Below are positions 18,045-25,580 of a DNA stretch of 25,883 nucleotides, in pieces. The stretch lies in IMG/VR virus record IMGVR_UViG_3300016265_000020, positions 1 to 25,883 of that record, one strand, 5' to 3'. A program made the position numbers and the translations under genes. Every line of letters starts with the position of its first letter. Position 1 is the first letter of the stretch. The DNA comes from a virus. Its lineage: Duplodnaviria; Caudoviricetes. The notes under the pieces were generated by a model. That model was not told the origin of the DNA and searched no databases. It saw only the letters and a list, made by a program, of their open reading frames with translations.

Positions 18045-19378
18045 ATTCTGCTACCCCTTGGAGGTTGATAGGTTGCCCACATATCGTTCAAAGTTACCGT
18101 GTTCTCCGGGCCAACAATCAACGGTTTCACAACGTCTGGCGCTTTGACCTTGGGTTCTAGCCTCCAAGCAACCGCCATCATCCGAAATGCGTCTGAAGGG
18201 TGTGAAGTCCAGTCATGCCTTGGACTACTTCTAAACGCTTTCTTGTCTTCGTCGTATTCCCGCTGGTATTGCCTCAAAGCTTCAATGCCTTCAGCGCACT
18301 TAGTTTTGTCGAACCAGCACATTGGCAAGCACTGTCTTACTGCCTGAATACCATCTTGAACGCCTAAATCTGGCACGATTGCCAAGTTGTTGATGCCAAG
18401 ATGTTCAGCCAATTGCTCAATAACCGACTTGCCCTGAGCTGCTAGAGTTTTAGCTCTCGCATCATGCGGAAGATTGTGTTTTCCGTATTTATAGGGCTTT
18501 TCTTTAATTATTTTCGCAATTTCTTCAATATTAGCACCGGAAATAGCAAAAAGGTCGATTAAATGTATTTCGTTGCGAATTACTTGATACCACCAAATTG
18601 CTGTGTCATCACGGTATCCCAAGTCCCACGCAGTATGCACAGGTAGGTGCGGGTCATACGGCACGTTCGTGATGCGCCCGTCTAACTCAGCTTGGCGCAG
18701 GTCTGTACCGTAATACGCCCCCAAGATAGCCGCTTCAAACGAGCATTCGTATTCTTGTAAATACTGGTCTTCAGAAATTTGCGCTTTCGCTGCGTTTAGT
18801 TCGGTAGCTGGCAACAGACCAGATTCTGACGCTGTGAGCTTTAAGCAAAACCATTCGCCATCGCTGCGTGACGCTTGGTCATATATCTGCCAAAACTGGT
18901 TTTTGCCTTTCGGTGTCCCGGCGAAAACTGCCCAACCCTGCTTGTCTGATAGCGTAGGACGAATGACGTTACCCCAGACGCTTGGTCTAAAGTCCCCGTA
19001 TTCGTCCATAAACACGCCAGAAAAGCCCAACCCTCGCATAGCGTCTGCGTTGTCAGCACCAAATAAGCGTATTTTTGCGCCTGTTACTAACTCAACCGTC
19101 AATTCAGCTTCATTTGAGCTTTTAAGCACAGGTGCAGCAAAGTGTTTCAAATAGTCCCAAGCCACGGATTTTGCTTGTGACCTGTACGGCGCTATGTATG
19201 AGTAAAGCGGGTATTCGTCTTTGCTCATCAGCGCAGCACGAACAATGTCATTGATAGCTGCAACAGTCTTGCCTGCCCGTCTGTGAGCAACTAGACACGC
19301 CCAGCGTTGAGTACGGTTATGGAATGATTTAAACGCTTTGCGAGGTGCGTACGGTAAGACTATCTCTCGTCTTGCCAC
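18041..19378 (-). CDS. terL: Terminase large subunit (445 aa)
   Basis: Walker A HRRAGKT, Walker B VFMDE, coupling motif GTPKG; RNase H-like nuclease motifs WDLGYRD and HPSDAFR. Confidence 0.95.
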   Translation of the reverse strand: MARREIVLPYAPRKAFKSFHNRTQRWACLVAHRRAGKTVAAINDIVRAALMSKDEYPLYSYIAPYRSQAKSVAWDYLKHFAAPVLKSSNEAELTVELVTGAKIRLFGADNADAMRGLGFSGVFMDEYGDFRPSVWGNVIRPTLSDKQGWAVFAGTPKGKNQFWQIYDQASRSDGEWFCLKLTASESGLLPATELNAAKAQISEDQYLQEYECSFEAAILGAYYGTDLRQAELDGRITNVPYDPHLPVHTAWDLGYRDDTAIWWYQVIRNEIHLIDLFAISGANIEEIAKIIKEKPYKYGKHNLPHDARAKTLAAQGKSVIEQLAEHLGINNLAIVPDLGVQDGIQAVRQCLPMCWFDKTKCAEGIEALRQYQREYDEDKKAFRSSPRHDWTSHPSDAFRMMAVAWRLEPKVKAPDVVKPLIVGPENTVTLNDMWATYQPPRGSRI

Positions 19379-19686
19379 TTGACCACCAGTTCAATAGCGC
19401 CTTCGTCAATACCGCTATGCTCAGTTCGTGCAAGCTTTGGTGATGCAAACTCTGCTAATTGAGCAATAAGCGTCAAAGCGCCTTTTGGGTCAGGTTTGAC
19501 TGTATCCCCGTCACCATAAGCAACAGTTTCGAGCCATTTCCCTACATTTTCAGCGTTGTTTTCTAATAATGCAGTCACAGTGTCTCGAAAAGCTTTCGTT
19601 GCTTTGTTGAGACTACCTTTCTTTCTGCCCATTCCCGCTGCGGGTGGTCTTCGTTTAACAGATTTCACTTCTTTACTGAGTTCCAT
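19360..19686 (-). CDS. terS: Terminase small subunit
   Basis: GRKKGSLNK motif and PKLARTEHSG C-terminus; overlaps the TerL start. ATG at 19686 is preferred over the TTG at 19698. Confidence 0.8.
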   Translation of the reverse strand: MELSKEVKSVKRRPPAAGMGRKKGSLNKATKAFRDTVTALLENNAENVGKWLETVAYGDGDTVKPDPKGALTLIAQLAEFASPKLARTEHSGIDEGAIELVVKWQDER

Positions 19687-19731
19687 ATCTTTTCTCAATG
19701 GTTTTAGAGTTTAAGATAGGTTAATTGTATC

Positions 19732-20019
19732 CTACTTTTTGTTGCGTTCGCTAATATTCTTAGCTTTCGCTCTTGCGTCTTCTTTGCTTGATGCGCCCCA
19801 TGCTCTGAGCGCTAATGCTAGGCGGGTTGGTTTACCGTCTTTTTCCATTGGCCCCGGCATATTGCCCATTCTTGCAAGAAAGCTTGCTCGTCTTGGATTG
19901 TCACCAGACTTGACGGGCGGCTTCAAGTTCATGCCTTCAGCTTTTGCTGATGCTCTGCCTTTGGCGTTCAGACCGCCTTCGGGGTTCTTACCCTCTTTGC
20001 GTTGCCAAGCTGCGCTCAT
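19732..20019 (-). CDS. Small basic phage protein (DUF6321-like, 95 aa)
   Basis: AWQRKEGKNPEGGLNAKGRAS...RRASFLARM...RLALALRAW motif; family name is from recall. Confidence 0.75.
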   Translation of the reverse strand: MSAAWQRKEGKNPEGGLNAKGRASAKAEGMNLKPPVKSGDNPRRASFLARMGNMPGPMEKDGKPTRLALALRAWGASSKEDARAKAKNISERNKK

Positions 20020-20165
20020 TTCTTGTCTTTAGCTGTTTTAGCAGCTTCTTTAAAGTCTTTAGCGGTAGGTGCGCCGGGCGAACCGGGCTTTCTCATCTTT
20101 TCGCCACTTCCAGCTTTGATGCGTTCTTGTTTAGCAAGAATGTTTGCGTATAAGCCAGCTTTCAT
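20016..20165 (-). CDS. Small Lys-rich protein (49 aa)
   Basis: Below the track cutoff. Manual translation MKAGLYANILAKQERIKAGSGEKMRKPGSPGAPTAKDFKEAAKTAKDKK; ATGA overlap with the next gene. Confidence 0.8.
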   Translation of the reverse strand: MKAGLYANILAKQERIKAGSGEKMRKPGSPGAPTAKDFKEAAKTAKDKK

Positions 20166-20167
20166 AA

Positions 20168-20335
20168 TTAGCCCTTTTTGTGCATTTTGCTCAGTAATGC
20201 AGCAGTCCGTTTAGCTTTGTCTGCGTCGTTAAACTCTTTAGCTACACCCACAGGTATGCCCATCTTTTTGGCAAACTCTGGATTGTGCGCCGCAGCAGCC
20301 ATTGTGCGCTTTTGAGCTTCGGATTTGCTTGGCAT
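20168..20335 (-). CDS. Small basic protein (55 aa)
   Basis: Below the track cutoff. Manual translation MPSKSEAQKRTMAAAAHNPEFAKKMGIPVGVAKEFNDADKAKRTAALLSKMHKKG; TAATG overlap with the upstream gene. Confidence 0.8.
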   Translation of the reverse strand: MPSKSEAQKRTMAAAAHNPEFAKKMGIPVGVAKEFNDADKAKRTAALLSKMHKKG

Positions 20336-20760
20336 TATCGTGGCATTCTACGCATCATTTCTGGATTAACCATTGTTCCAGCACGTTGACCCATTCCCTG
20401 CTCAATGTTGCGACGCTCTAAATCGCTGATTGCGCCTTGCAGCAAACCACGACGGGAAGCCATATTTGCAGCAGGAGTGCCACCAGTTGGCATATTGCTT
20501 GCGTATTCTGGCTGCACAACTGGCATTCCATAATCGCCTTGCGGATTAAGTACGGGCATACCACCTTGTTGAAGCTGATTTACGCTCATAGGTGTCATTG
20601 CCTCATAATCTGTACGAGCAGCCATTTGCTGACGTTCAGCGTCCGACATTCCACCGACGCCGGGTGCTGCTTGCAAACCTTGCAAGAATTTTTGCATCTG
20701 TTGTTGTTGCAGCATTTGAGCCATTCTTTGTGCTTCAGGCGTTTGGATCATGTCGTTCAT
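20335..20760 (-). CDS. Met/Gln-rich low-complexity protein (141 aa)
   Basis: ORF tiles the gap exactly; AGGA SD upstream; composition dominated by M, Q, G, A and P. Confidence 0.7.
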   Translation of the reverse strand: MNDMIQTPEAQRMAQMLQQQQMQKFLQGLQAAPGVGGMSDAERQQMAARTDYEAMTPMSVNQLQQGGMPVLNPQGDYGMPVVQPEYASNMPTGGTPAANMASRRGLLQGAISDLERRNIEQGMGQRAGTMVNPEMMRRMPR

Positions 20761-20768
20761 GGCGATTC

Positions 20769-21125
20769 CTATTTAAGAAAACGAAGTTGATACAGCGTAG
20801 AGTCAATCAATTGAGCAATTTCGTCAATGATGTTCTGTAATTGCGAGTCCTGCGGCAATTCTTTGCGGATTTCCTCGACAAAATCACATAGACTTTTGAG
20901 GTATCGCTGCGGATTCTTAGCCAAATGAAAGTCATCCGGATATGCTTTTATCTTGTCGTATGCGCCTTGGTATGCTTCTGTGAAGTCATCCACCAAGTCA
21001 ACAATGCCTTCGTAGTACATTTGAAGCGCTTTGTGTTCTGCGTAGCTTTCTGTCTGAAAGTGCATGAAATGCGTGTTTGTTGCGCTGTGCAGTAGCGTTG
21101 ACACGAAAGTAGCAGGAAAGTCCAT
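20769..21125 (-). CDS. Dps/ferritin-like four-helix protein (DUF5856-like)
   Basis: HFMHFQTESYAEHKALQMYYEGIVDLVDDFTEAYQG shows His/His/Asp/Glu spacing resembling the Dps ferroxidase signature; start revised to ATG at 21125 with GAGG SD. Confidence 0.7.
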   Translation of the reverse strand: MDFPATFVSTLLHSATNTHFMHFQTESYAEHKALQMYYEGIVDLVDDFTEAYQGAYDKIKAYPDDFHLAKNPQRYLKSLCDFVEEIRKELPQDSQLQNIIDEIAQLIDSTLYQLRFLK

Positions 21126-21126
21126 A

Positions 21127-21483
21127 TTAGTCCTCAAGAGTACCGATTACTACTGACACACACCCGTTCTTGTAAATCTCACCACGACTGACGTGAATTT
21201 CATCAAACTGCTCGTCGTTATCAAATACGCCTGCGTCTTCTAGCGCATCCAACAAGCTCTTTAGCCTGTTATCAATGTCAAACTTACGTTTGTCTTTTGG
21301 ATGTACACGAATGAACGCAAAAAGACGCTTATTGTCAAATTTTACGACATTATTAGAGGCAATGTACTCCTGAACTTGCTTTTTGTATAGTTTACCCGCT
21401 GCGCTGACAAAAACACGCCCCCTAAAGCTGTTCCAGTAGCGATTAACGCTTGGTGGCAACGGTAATTGCATAGTGGCTAGCAT
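21127..21483 (-). CDS. rusA: RusA-family Holliday junction resolvase
   Basis: LPLPPSVNRYW, DKRKFDIDNRLKSLLDAL and DNDEQ, carrying the RusA catalytic Asp/Lys residues. Confidence 0.9.
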   Translation of the reverse strand: MLATMQLPLPPSVNRYWNSFRGRVFVSAAGKLYKKQVQEYIASNNVVKFDNKRLFAFIRVHPKDKRKFDIDNRLKSLLDALEDAGVFDNDEQFDEIHVSRGEIYKNGCVSVVIGTLED

Positions 21484-21761
21484 TTGATAAACCCACGCTC
21501 GAACAGCTCGCCAATCGTCTTTCTATGCGCCAGTTCCCATAACTCAACCCGCATCACCCGGTTAAGGTCTTTGCCTTGGTCAATCTGACTGTGACATTGA
21601 AAACATAAGCTTGCGATGCGGTAATCATGCGCCTTCAGTCCACGTCCTTTGCCGTCTCGTAGCTGATTACTGTGCGCTGCAACAACTGTCCCGTCTTCAG
21701 CGCCGCATAACTGACAAGGTAACTCCCGGCACTTTTCTAAAAGTTTTGTATTTCTGTACAT
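21477..21761 (-). CDS. DUF1364/YbcO-like Zn-binding putative nuclease (nin region, 94 aa)
   Basis: PCQLC...TVVAAHSN...GKGRGLKAHD...LCFQCH motif; adjacent to rusA. Confidence 0.8.
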   Translation of the reverse strand: MYRNTKLLEKCRELPCQLCGAEDGTVVAAHSNQLRDGKGRGLKAHDYRIASLCFQCHSQIDQGKDLNRVMRVELWELAHRKTIGELFERGFIKC

Positions 21762-21913
21762 TGGTCTTCAGCCCATTGTTGCAAATCGTTGCTTAACATT
21801 TGCATATCTACAGCCAAATCTGCTGCTGCTTCAAAACGAGACCTTAACACTAACTGGCGATAGTGTTTAATAGCTGCTGTTAATTTTATAAGTGTTGCAC
21901 TGTAATCTGTCAT
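21737..21913 (-). CDS. Hypothetical protein (58 aa)
   Basis: Not in the track. MTDYSATLIKLTAAIKHYRQLVLRSRFEAAADLAVDMQMLSNDLQQWAEDQCTEIQNF; ATGA overlap with the upstream gene; fills the gap. Confidence 0.7.
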   Translation of the reverse strand: MTDYSATLIKLTAAIKHYRQLVLRSRFEAAADLAVDMQMLSNDLQQWAEDQCTEIQNF

Positions 21914-22239
21914 TTTGTTAACCTCTCAATATTACGATTATTTGCTTCTTGTGTGCGCCAAACCTCAATCCGTAATTTTGCTGATTCAAGCCTATATCTT
22001 AATAATTCAGCTTGTTCTGTTGCTTCACCAATAGCTTTCGCTAATTCTTGATACTTTGGGTCCGCATACGCCTCCCGTTCTTGCGCTCCAATAGCTGTTT
22101 CATAACTGTTTTTCATAAGAATTGCTTTAAGACTGCTTTTAAAAACTTCAAGCTCTGCAAGTCTACCTTTTGCACGAGCGTACTCTGGCGCATTGTCAAA
22201 AATGTATTCGACAGCTTTATGCGGATCAATCTCGTTCAT
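21910..22239 (-). CDS. Coiled-coil phage protein of unknown function (109 aa)
   Basis: YARAK...AQEREAYADPKY...IEVWRTQEANNR motif; SD GGGAGG. Confidence 0.75.
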   Translation of the reverse strand: MNEIDPHKAVEYIFDNAPEYARAKGRLAELEVFKSSLKAILMKNSYETAIGAQEREAYADPKYQELAKAIGEATEQAELLRYRLESAKLRIEVWRTQEANNRNIERLTK

Positions 22240-23080
22240 ATTCCTCCCGTTTTACAAGTTTCATCCCGTATTCGTTAATCCCTTCAGGTATTATCAAACC
22301 AGTTTTTTTCTTTAATATATTTTTTTTAAACACATCAAAATCAACTCTGTGATGCCATCTGTCGTAGCGCCATGCTAATGATGCGTATTCAGGATAAGCG
22401 TCTACAAGCGTTTGTGATTTTTCTTTCTTTTTTTCACCATCTGCGTAAAGTTCTGTAGTGTTGCCACCTTTCATGCTAAGTGTTGCTGCTTTATCTTGCA
22501 AAAATGCGTTAAAAATAATCGTACACCAGCCGTCTTTCAACACATCAAGCGAAAGCGCTACGTCTTCGTTGTATTTGAGCTTCCAACGATGTGGCAAATC
22601 ATTGCGTATCAAAATGCACGAAAAAATGCGTGTGTTCAACCGAAATGCTGGCATATCAGTGCGTTCTTCAGCAAAAAAGCGATATTGAAAACCAGCTTGT
22701 GCAACATTTTCATATCTGTCAGTAAAATCCTCTGCCGCTCGAAATATTGCACCTGATTTGCAAGGAATACGTTTGTTTTTGTACAAACGAGCAAAGCCGT
22801 GAATGTTGTCATCGAGTATCCAATGAAACTTGTGACCTTCACTGATTGCGTGCTCCCAACACCAATTGCGAGCAGGATAACTTCCTAGACCAAGATTGCT
22901 AAACGGCAATACAAGTATCTTTTTTTCATCAATAACAGCAGCATATTGCTCATACTCTTGCGGCTCAATAACAATTCTGTATGCAACGCCCATAATCTCA
23001 AGCGCTTTGCTTGTTTTGCGAGTGTCTGCACGACCTTTTGAAATAATGTAGACAGGGTATTTAGGATGATTCTGTTTCAT
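22226..23080 (-). CDS. TET-associated glycosyltransferase (TAGT / GREB1-like GT-A fold), putative DNA-base glycosyltransferase
   Basis: YPVYIISKGR, ARNWCWEH, HWILDDNI (metal-binding DD), RIFSCILI, YNEDVALSL and MKGGNT, the motif order of TAGT/GREB1-like enzymes; start revised to ATG at 23080. Confidence 0.8.
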   Translation of the reverse strand: MKQNHPKYPVYIISKGRADTRKTSKALEIMGVAYRIVIEPQEYEQYAAVIDEKKILVLPFSNLGLGSYPARNWCWEHAISEGHKFHWILDDNIHGFARLYKNKRIPCKSGAIFRAAEDFTDRYENVAQAGFQYRFFAEERTDMPAFRLNTRIFSCILIRNDLPHRWKLKYNEDVALSLDVLKDGWCTIIFNAFLQDKAATLSMKGGNTTELYADGEKKKEKSQTLVDAYPEYASLAWRYDRWHHRVDFDVFKKNILKKKTGLIIPEGINEYGMKLVKREEYERD

Positions 23081-23309
23081 CGTCAATCCACACTTTTTTA
23101 TCATTGTTAATTTTTACGGGAAACATCACGCTTTTTGTTGTAAAGTGAATGCGCTTACCAATTAACTCAGAAAACTCGTTCATATCTTCAACAGTAATAA
23201 AATTAACAACAACAGAATGAATCGTTTTTAAGTTTGTCTGTTCAAATTCTGGCATTCCTTGCCATTCACGCTTCCAATCAAATTCTTCGTCTCCAAATAA
23301 ATCTTTCAT
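23061..23309 (-). CDS. Small acidic partner of the glycosyltransferase (82 aa)
   Basis: EWQGMPEFEQ...VNF...ED...F..LIG...TTKS..FP motif; overlaps the GT start by 20 nt; ATGA overlap upstream. Confidence 0.7.
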   Translation of the reverse strand: MKDLFGDEEFDWKREWQGMPEFEQTNLKTIHSVVVNFITVEDMNEFSELIGKRIHFTTKSVMFPVKINNDKKVWIDDETESS

Positions 23310-23512
23310 TTTTCTTGTCTCCAATAAAAATCGTTAAGCTGCATACATTTTTTGCTTATCATTTTTAACGAATTGATTGTGTCAATCAGCGCCATGCTTT
23401 GCTCTGTCATAAATTCAAAGTTTTTTTCAATTTCAAGCAAATTAAATATTTGCATTTCAATTTCGCTTGTAATGTTTTCAAAATCTATTGCAGCTTGTTT
23501 CGATAATTTCAT
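23306..23512 (-). CDS. Hypothetical protein (68 aa)
   Basis: ATG at 23512 with SD AGGTGA; AT-rich; ATGA-coupled to the next gene. Confidence 0.65.
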   Translation of the reverse strand: MKLSKQAAIDFENITSEIEMQIFNLLEIEKNFEFMTEQSMALIDTINSLKMISKKCMQLNDFYWRQEK

Positions 23513-23531
23513 TATTTCACCTATATTTTGT

Positions 23532-23906
23532 TTAAATAAGTTCAGATATCTTTTGAGCAATCCTTGACCTAAATTGGCCCATGTCCTCGCCCGGTCTTGG
23601 TGTCATACCCATATCCCTAGCTTTGTCCATCGTAAGCTGCTCAGTTGAGTACCAAGGTAAAGCAGGTTTATTAGGTTTTTTAGGTGTTAGTTCTAGCTCA
23701 TCGTAAAAACGCTGTTGATTAAGCCATGTTGATGGGTGTGGAATAAATTCTGTCGCTGTCTCTTTTAACTTCCAGTACTCAATGTGCGTGTCTAGCGCCT
23801 CCAACGCCATTTCCTGCTCATCTGGTGGCAACTTTGAAAAAGATTGCATGGCGGTCTTCCTAGCAACTTTACGAGGGTATTTGCGCCAAAAGTCATCAAA
23901 GCTCAT
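23532..23906 (-). CDS. Protein resembling the C-terminal domain of phage replication initiators (124 aa)
   Basis: FDDFWRKYPRKVARKTA and FIPHPSTWLNQQRFYDE motifs, normally found at the C-termini of lambdoid replisome-organiser proteins. Confidence 0.7.
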   Translation of the reverse strand: MSFDDFWRKYPRKVARKTAMQSFSKLPPDEQEMALEALDTHIEYWKLKETATEFIPHPSTWLNQQRFYDELELTPKKPNKPALPWYSTEQLTMDKARDMGMTPRPGEDMGQFRSRIAQKISELI

Positions 23907-24163
23907 GTGTTCTTTTCCTTAAGTTTGGCTTCTATTGATTTAATAATTTTTTTTACAGAAAGCACATCCCTTAACTCATAAGTTGCTATCAAAATCTCCT
24001 CATCCGTCAGCCCGACCCACGGCTTGGGTGTGGCAATTTGTTCTTTTGCATACGACATTGCTTGTCCGAGTTTTTTTACCAGCACGTCTTCAATTAACGG
24101 GACAACGGCACTATGTAAGAATTCACGAAGTGCTTCTTCTTGCTTTTTTGTTGGCTCACTCAT
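23903..24163 (-). CDS. Variable early-region protein (86 aa)
   Basis: Start revised to ATG at 24163 (purine-rich GAGGAAGGGG upstream); ends PWVGLTDEEI...IEAKLKEKNT; ATGA overlap with the next gene. Confidence 0.7.
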   Translation of the reverse strand: MSEPTKKQEEALREFLHSAVVPLIEDVLVKKLGQAMSYAKEQIATPKPWVGLTDEEILIATYELRDVLSVKKIIKSIEAKLKEKNT

Positions 24164-24734
24164 GTTTTCCCCTTCCTCGTATTGCTTGTGCCAAATATAC
24201 ACAAGCCGCTTGCACTTCTTCGTTGTCTATTCTTGAAAATCCGTAATCCCAAACAATTTGATGACAAGCACCACGCTCACTTCTTCTTGCTTGAGCGCAT
24301 AATTTTTTACAAACTTCGTTAGTATCTTGCTCACGCTTCGGTGGGGCGGTGTTCTTGCATACCTTTCCAAGCTGGCATCGAACATAACCACAGTAGTATG
24401 GGTCTTTGTCGCAAACAGGCTCTTGCTCAGGCTGTGCGAGTTCAGTATAATTTTTATCGCCACCATGAAGTACGGGGCTAACATTTGACGGTGTTAGCCC
24501 TTTTTTATTTTGTATTGATTCCACACCCGCTTTAAATCCTTCCTCCCATCCATCGTGGTAATCAAAAGTAATTGGCTCTACATAATCAGGTGGTTCAACA
24601 GATTGCTCAGTATGTACGAGTGCTTGGCGTAGTGTATGAATTGCTTCGCTTGCTGGCGTGGGCTGATAATCCTCGCCGCTTCGGTAATACTCCAAAGCCT
24701 CCAACGCCATCTTCATTGCTTCACGGTCAGTCAT
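24156..24734 (-). CDS. Mosaic variable early-region protein (192 aa)
   Basis: Short motifs MTDREAMKMALEALE, LRQAL, LAQPEQEPV, TAPPKRE and AQAIRGRG; SD AAGGAG. Confidence 0.75.
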   Translation of the reverse strand: MTDREAMKMALEALEYYRSGEDYQPTPASEAIHTLRQALVHTEQSVEPPDYVEPITFDYHDGWEEGFKAGVESIQNKKGLTPSNVSPVLHGGDKNYTELAQPEQEPVCDKDPYYCGYVRCQLGKVCKNTAPPKREQDTNEVCKKLCAQARRSERGACHQIVWDYGFSRIDNEEVQAACVYLAQAIRGRGKHE

Positions 24735-24946
24735 GCTTGCTCCTTGTTAATTTCCCACAATTTGACAGCCGCTACATGAAAATGATTGTGTTGCTTCTTA
24801 AATTCTTCGTGCAAATCCATCAAAAAATTGCAGCACTCACGTCTGGCGTTTTTTTGCACGTTACGCAGCATCGTTACCAGTTGTTCTTGTTCCTGTTGCG
24901 TAACTAGTCCAGAATCAAGAATCTCAATGGCTTTATCAATGTTCAT
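24731..24946 (-). CDS. Hypothetical protein (71 aa)
   Basis: Start revised to ATG at 24946; ATGA overlaps at both ends. Confidence 0.7.
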   Translation of the reverse strand: MNIDKAIEILDSGLVTQQEQEQLVTMLRNVQKNARRECCNFLMDLHEEFKKQHNHFHVAAVKLWEINKEQA

Positions 24947-25095
24947 TTGTGCGCCTTGTAAAACCGTGTGCACCATTCACACAACCCGTCCGTCAGCGTT
25001 GATACTTGTCCACAGCAGTCGCAAATTGGTTCTTTCTTTTCTTGCGCTTGTTCTTTCAAAAACTTTTCTTTAAGCCACTGCTTCAATGTTTTCAT
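24943..25095 (-). CDS. Small Zn-finger protein (50 aa)
   Basis: Not in the track. MKTLKQWLKEKFLKEQAQEKKEPICDCCGQVSTLTDGLCEWCTRFYKAHK, with CxxC-x10-CxxC; ATGA overlap downstream. Confidence 0.7.
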   Translation of the reverse strand: MKTLKQWLKEKFLKEQAQEKKEPICDCCGQVSTLTDGLCEWCTRFYKAHK

Positions 25096-25390
25096 TTCTC
25101 ACCCAGTAAAGTTGACCAAAAATGCCTTGATGCTGTGACGCTAAACGCAATGCTTGTGATGTGTGTTCGCCGTTTTCTACCGGGTACTGATACACCACAA
25201 TCCAGCGCATCCCATTGACCTGTTTTTGCAATCTTTTTTGACGTACCAAGTTGTCAAAAAATCGACTTTTTAATGCGTTTCTGACGTGCCCTTCTGCAAT
25301 CCCTGTTATTTGTGAAATTTCTGCAACAGTTACCCAATTACTGTCTTTAATTGCTTTAACTATCTTTTGTTGACTTTTTGTAGCTTCCAT
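25070..25390 (-). CDS. Putative winged-HTH DNA-binding protein
   Basis: QQKIVKAIKDSNWVTVAEISQITGIAEGHVRNAL fits an HTH pattern, followed by a beta-wing (RWIVVY). Start is uncertain (25390 or 25396). Confidence 0.7.
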   Translation of the reverse strand: MEATKSQQKIVKAIKDSNWVTVAEISQITGIAEGHVRNALKSRFFDNLVRQKRLQKQVNGMRWIVVYQYPVENGEHTSQALRLASQHQGIFGQLYWVRNENIEAVA

Positions 25391-25529
25391 TTTCATCCAC
25401 ATAAAAAAGTGTGTTGCCAATCCGGGTGGGGTACTTCATGAAGTCCATGCTGCCGGGTCTAACTATCAACTTTAACCCTGTGTATAACCTTGCAAACCTG
25501 TCTATCTTGGGTGGTGTTTTCTTCTTCAT
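25356..25529 (-). CDS. Small basic protein (57 aa)
   Basis: Not in the track. MKKKTPPKIDRFARLYTGLKLIVRPGSMDFMKYPTRIGNTLFYVDENGSYKKSTKDS; RPGSMDFxxxPxRxG is a recurrent phage motif; AAGG SD; first gene after the promoter. Confidence 0.7.
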   Translation of the reverse strand: MKKKTPPKIDRFARLYTGLKLIVRPGSMDFMKYPTRIGNTLFYVDENGSYKKSTKDS

Positions 25530-25551
25530 TGCTGCCTTGTAGTGTTTAGAT

Positions 25552-25580
25552 AGCTTAACAATCTATTTAAAAAAAAGCAA
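25552..25580 (-). promoter_or_regulatory. Sigma70-like promoter driving the leftward early operon
   Basis: Minus strand TTGCTT-N17-TAAGCT with an extended -10 TGn, AT-rich upstream sequence, 22 nt upstream of the ATG at 25529. Confidence 0.6.

Noticed and set aside
19699-19755. Late promoter upstream of terS (TACAAT at 19724-19729)
   Set aside because: No acceptable -35 at 16-18 nt spacing; the evidence is insufficient, although an activator-dependent promoter cannot be excluded.
308-25218. Numerous plus-strand ORFs and nested minus-strand ORFs in the track (e.g. 1854..2318, 7397..7825, 15734..16348, 20002..20214)
   Set aside because: They lie antisense to or inside well-supported minus-strand genes that already tile the window, and show no recognisable motifs; they are shadow ORFs.
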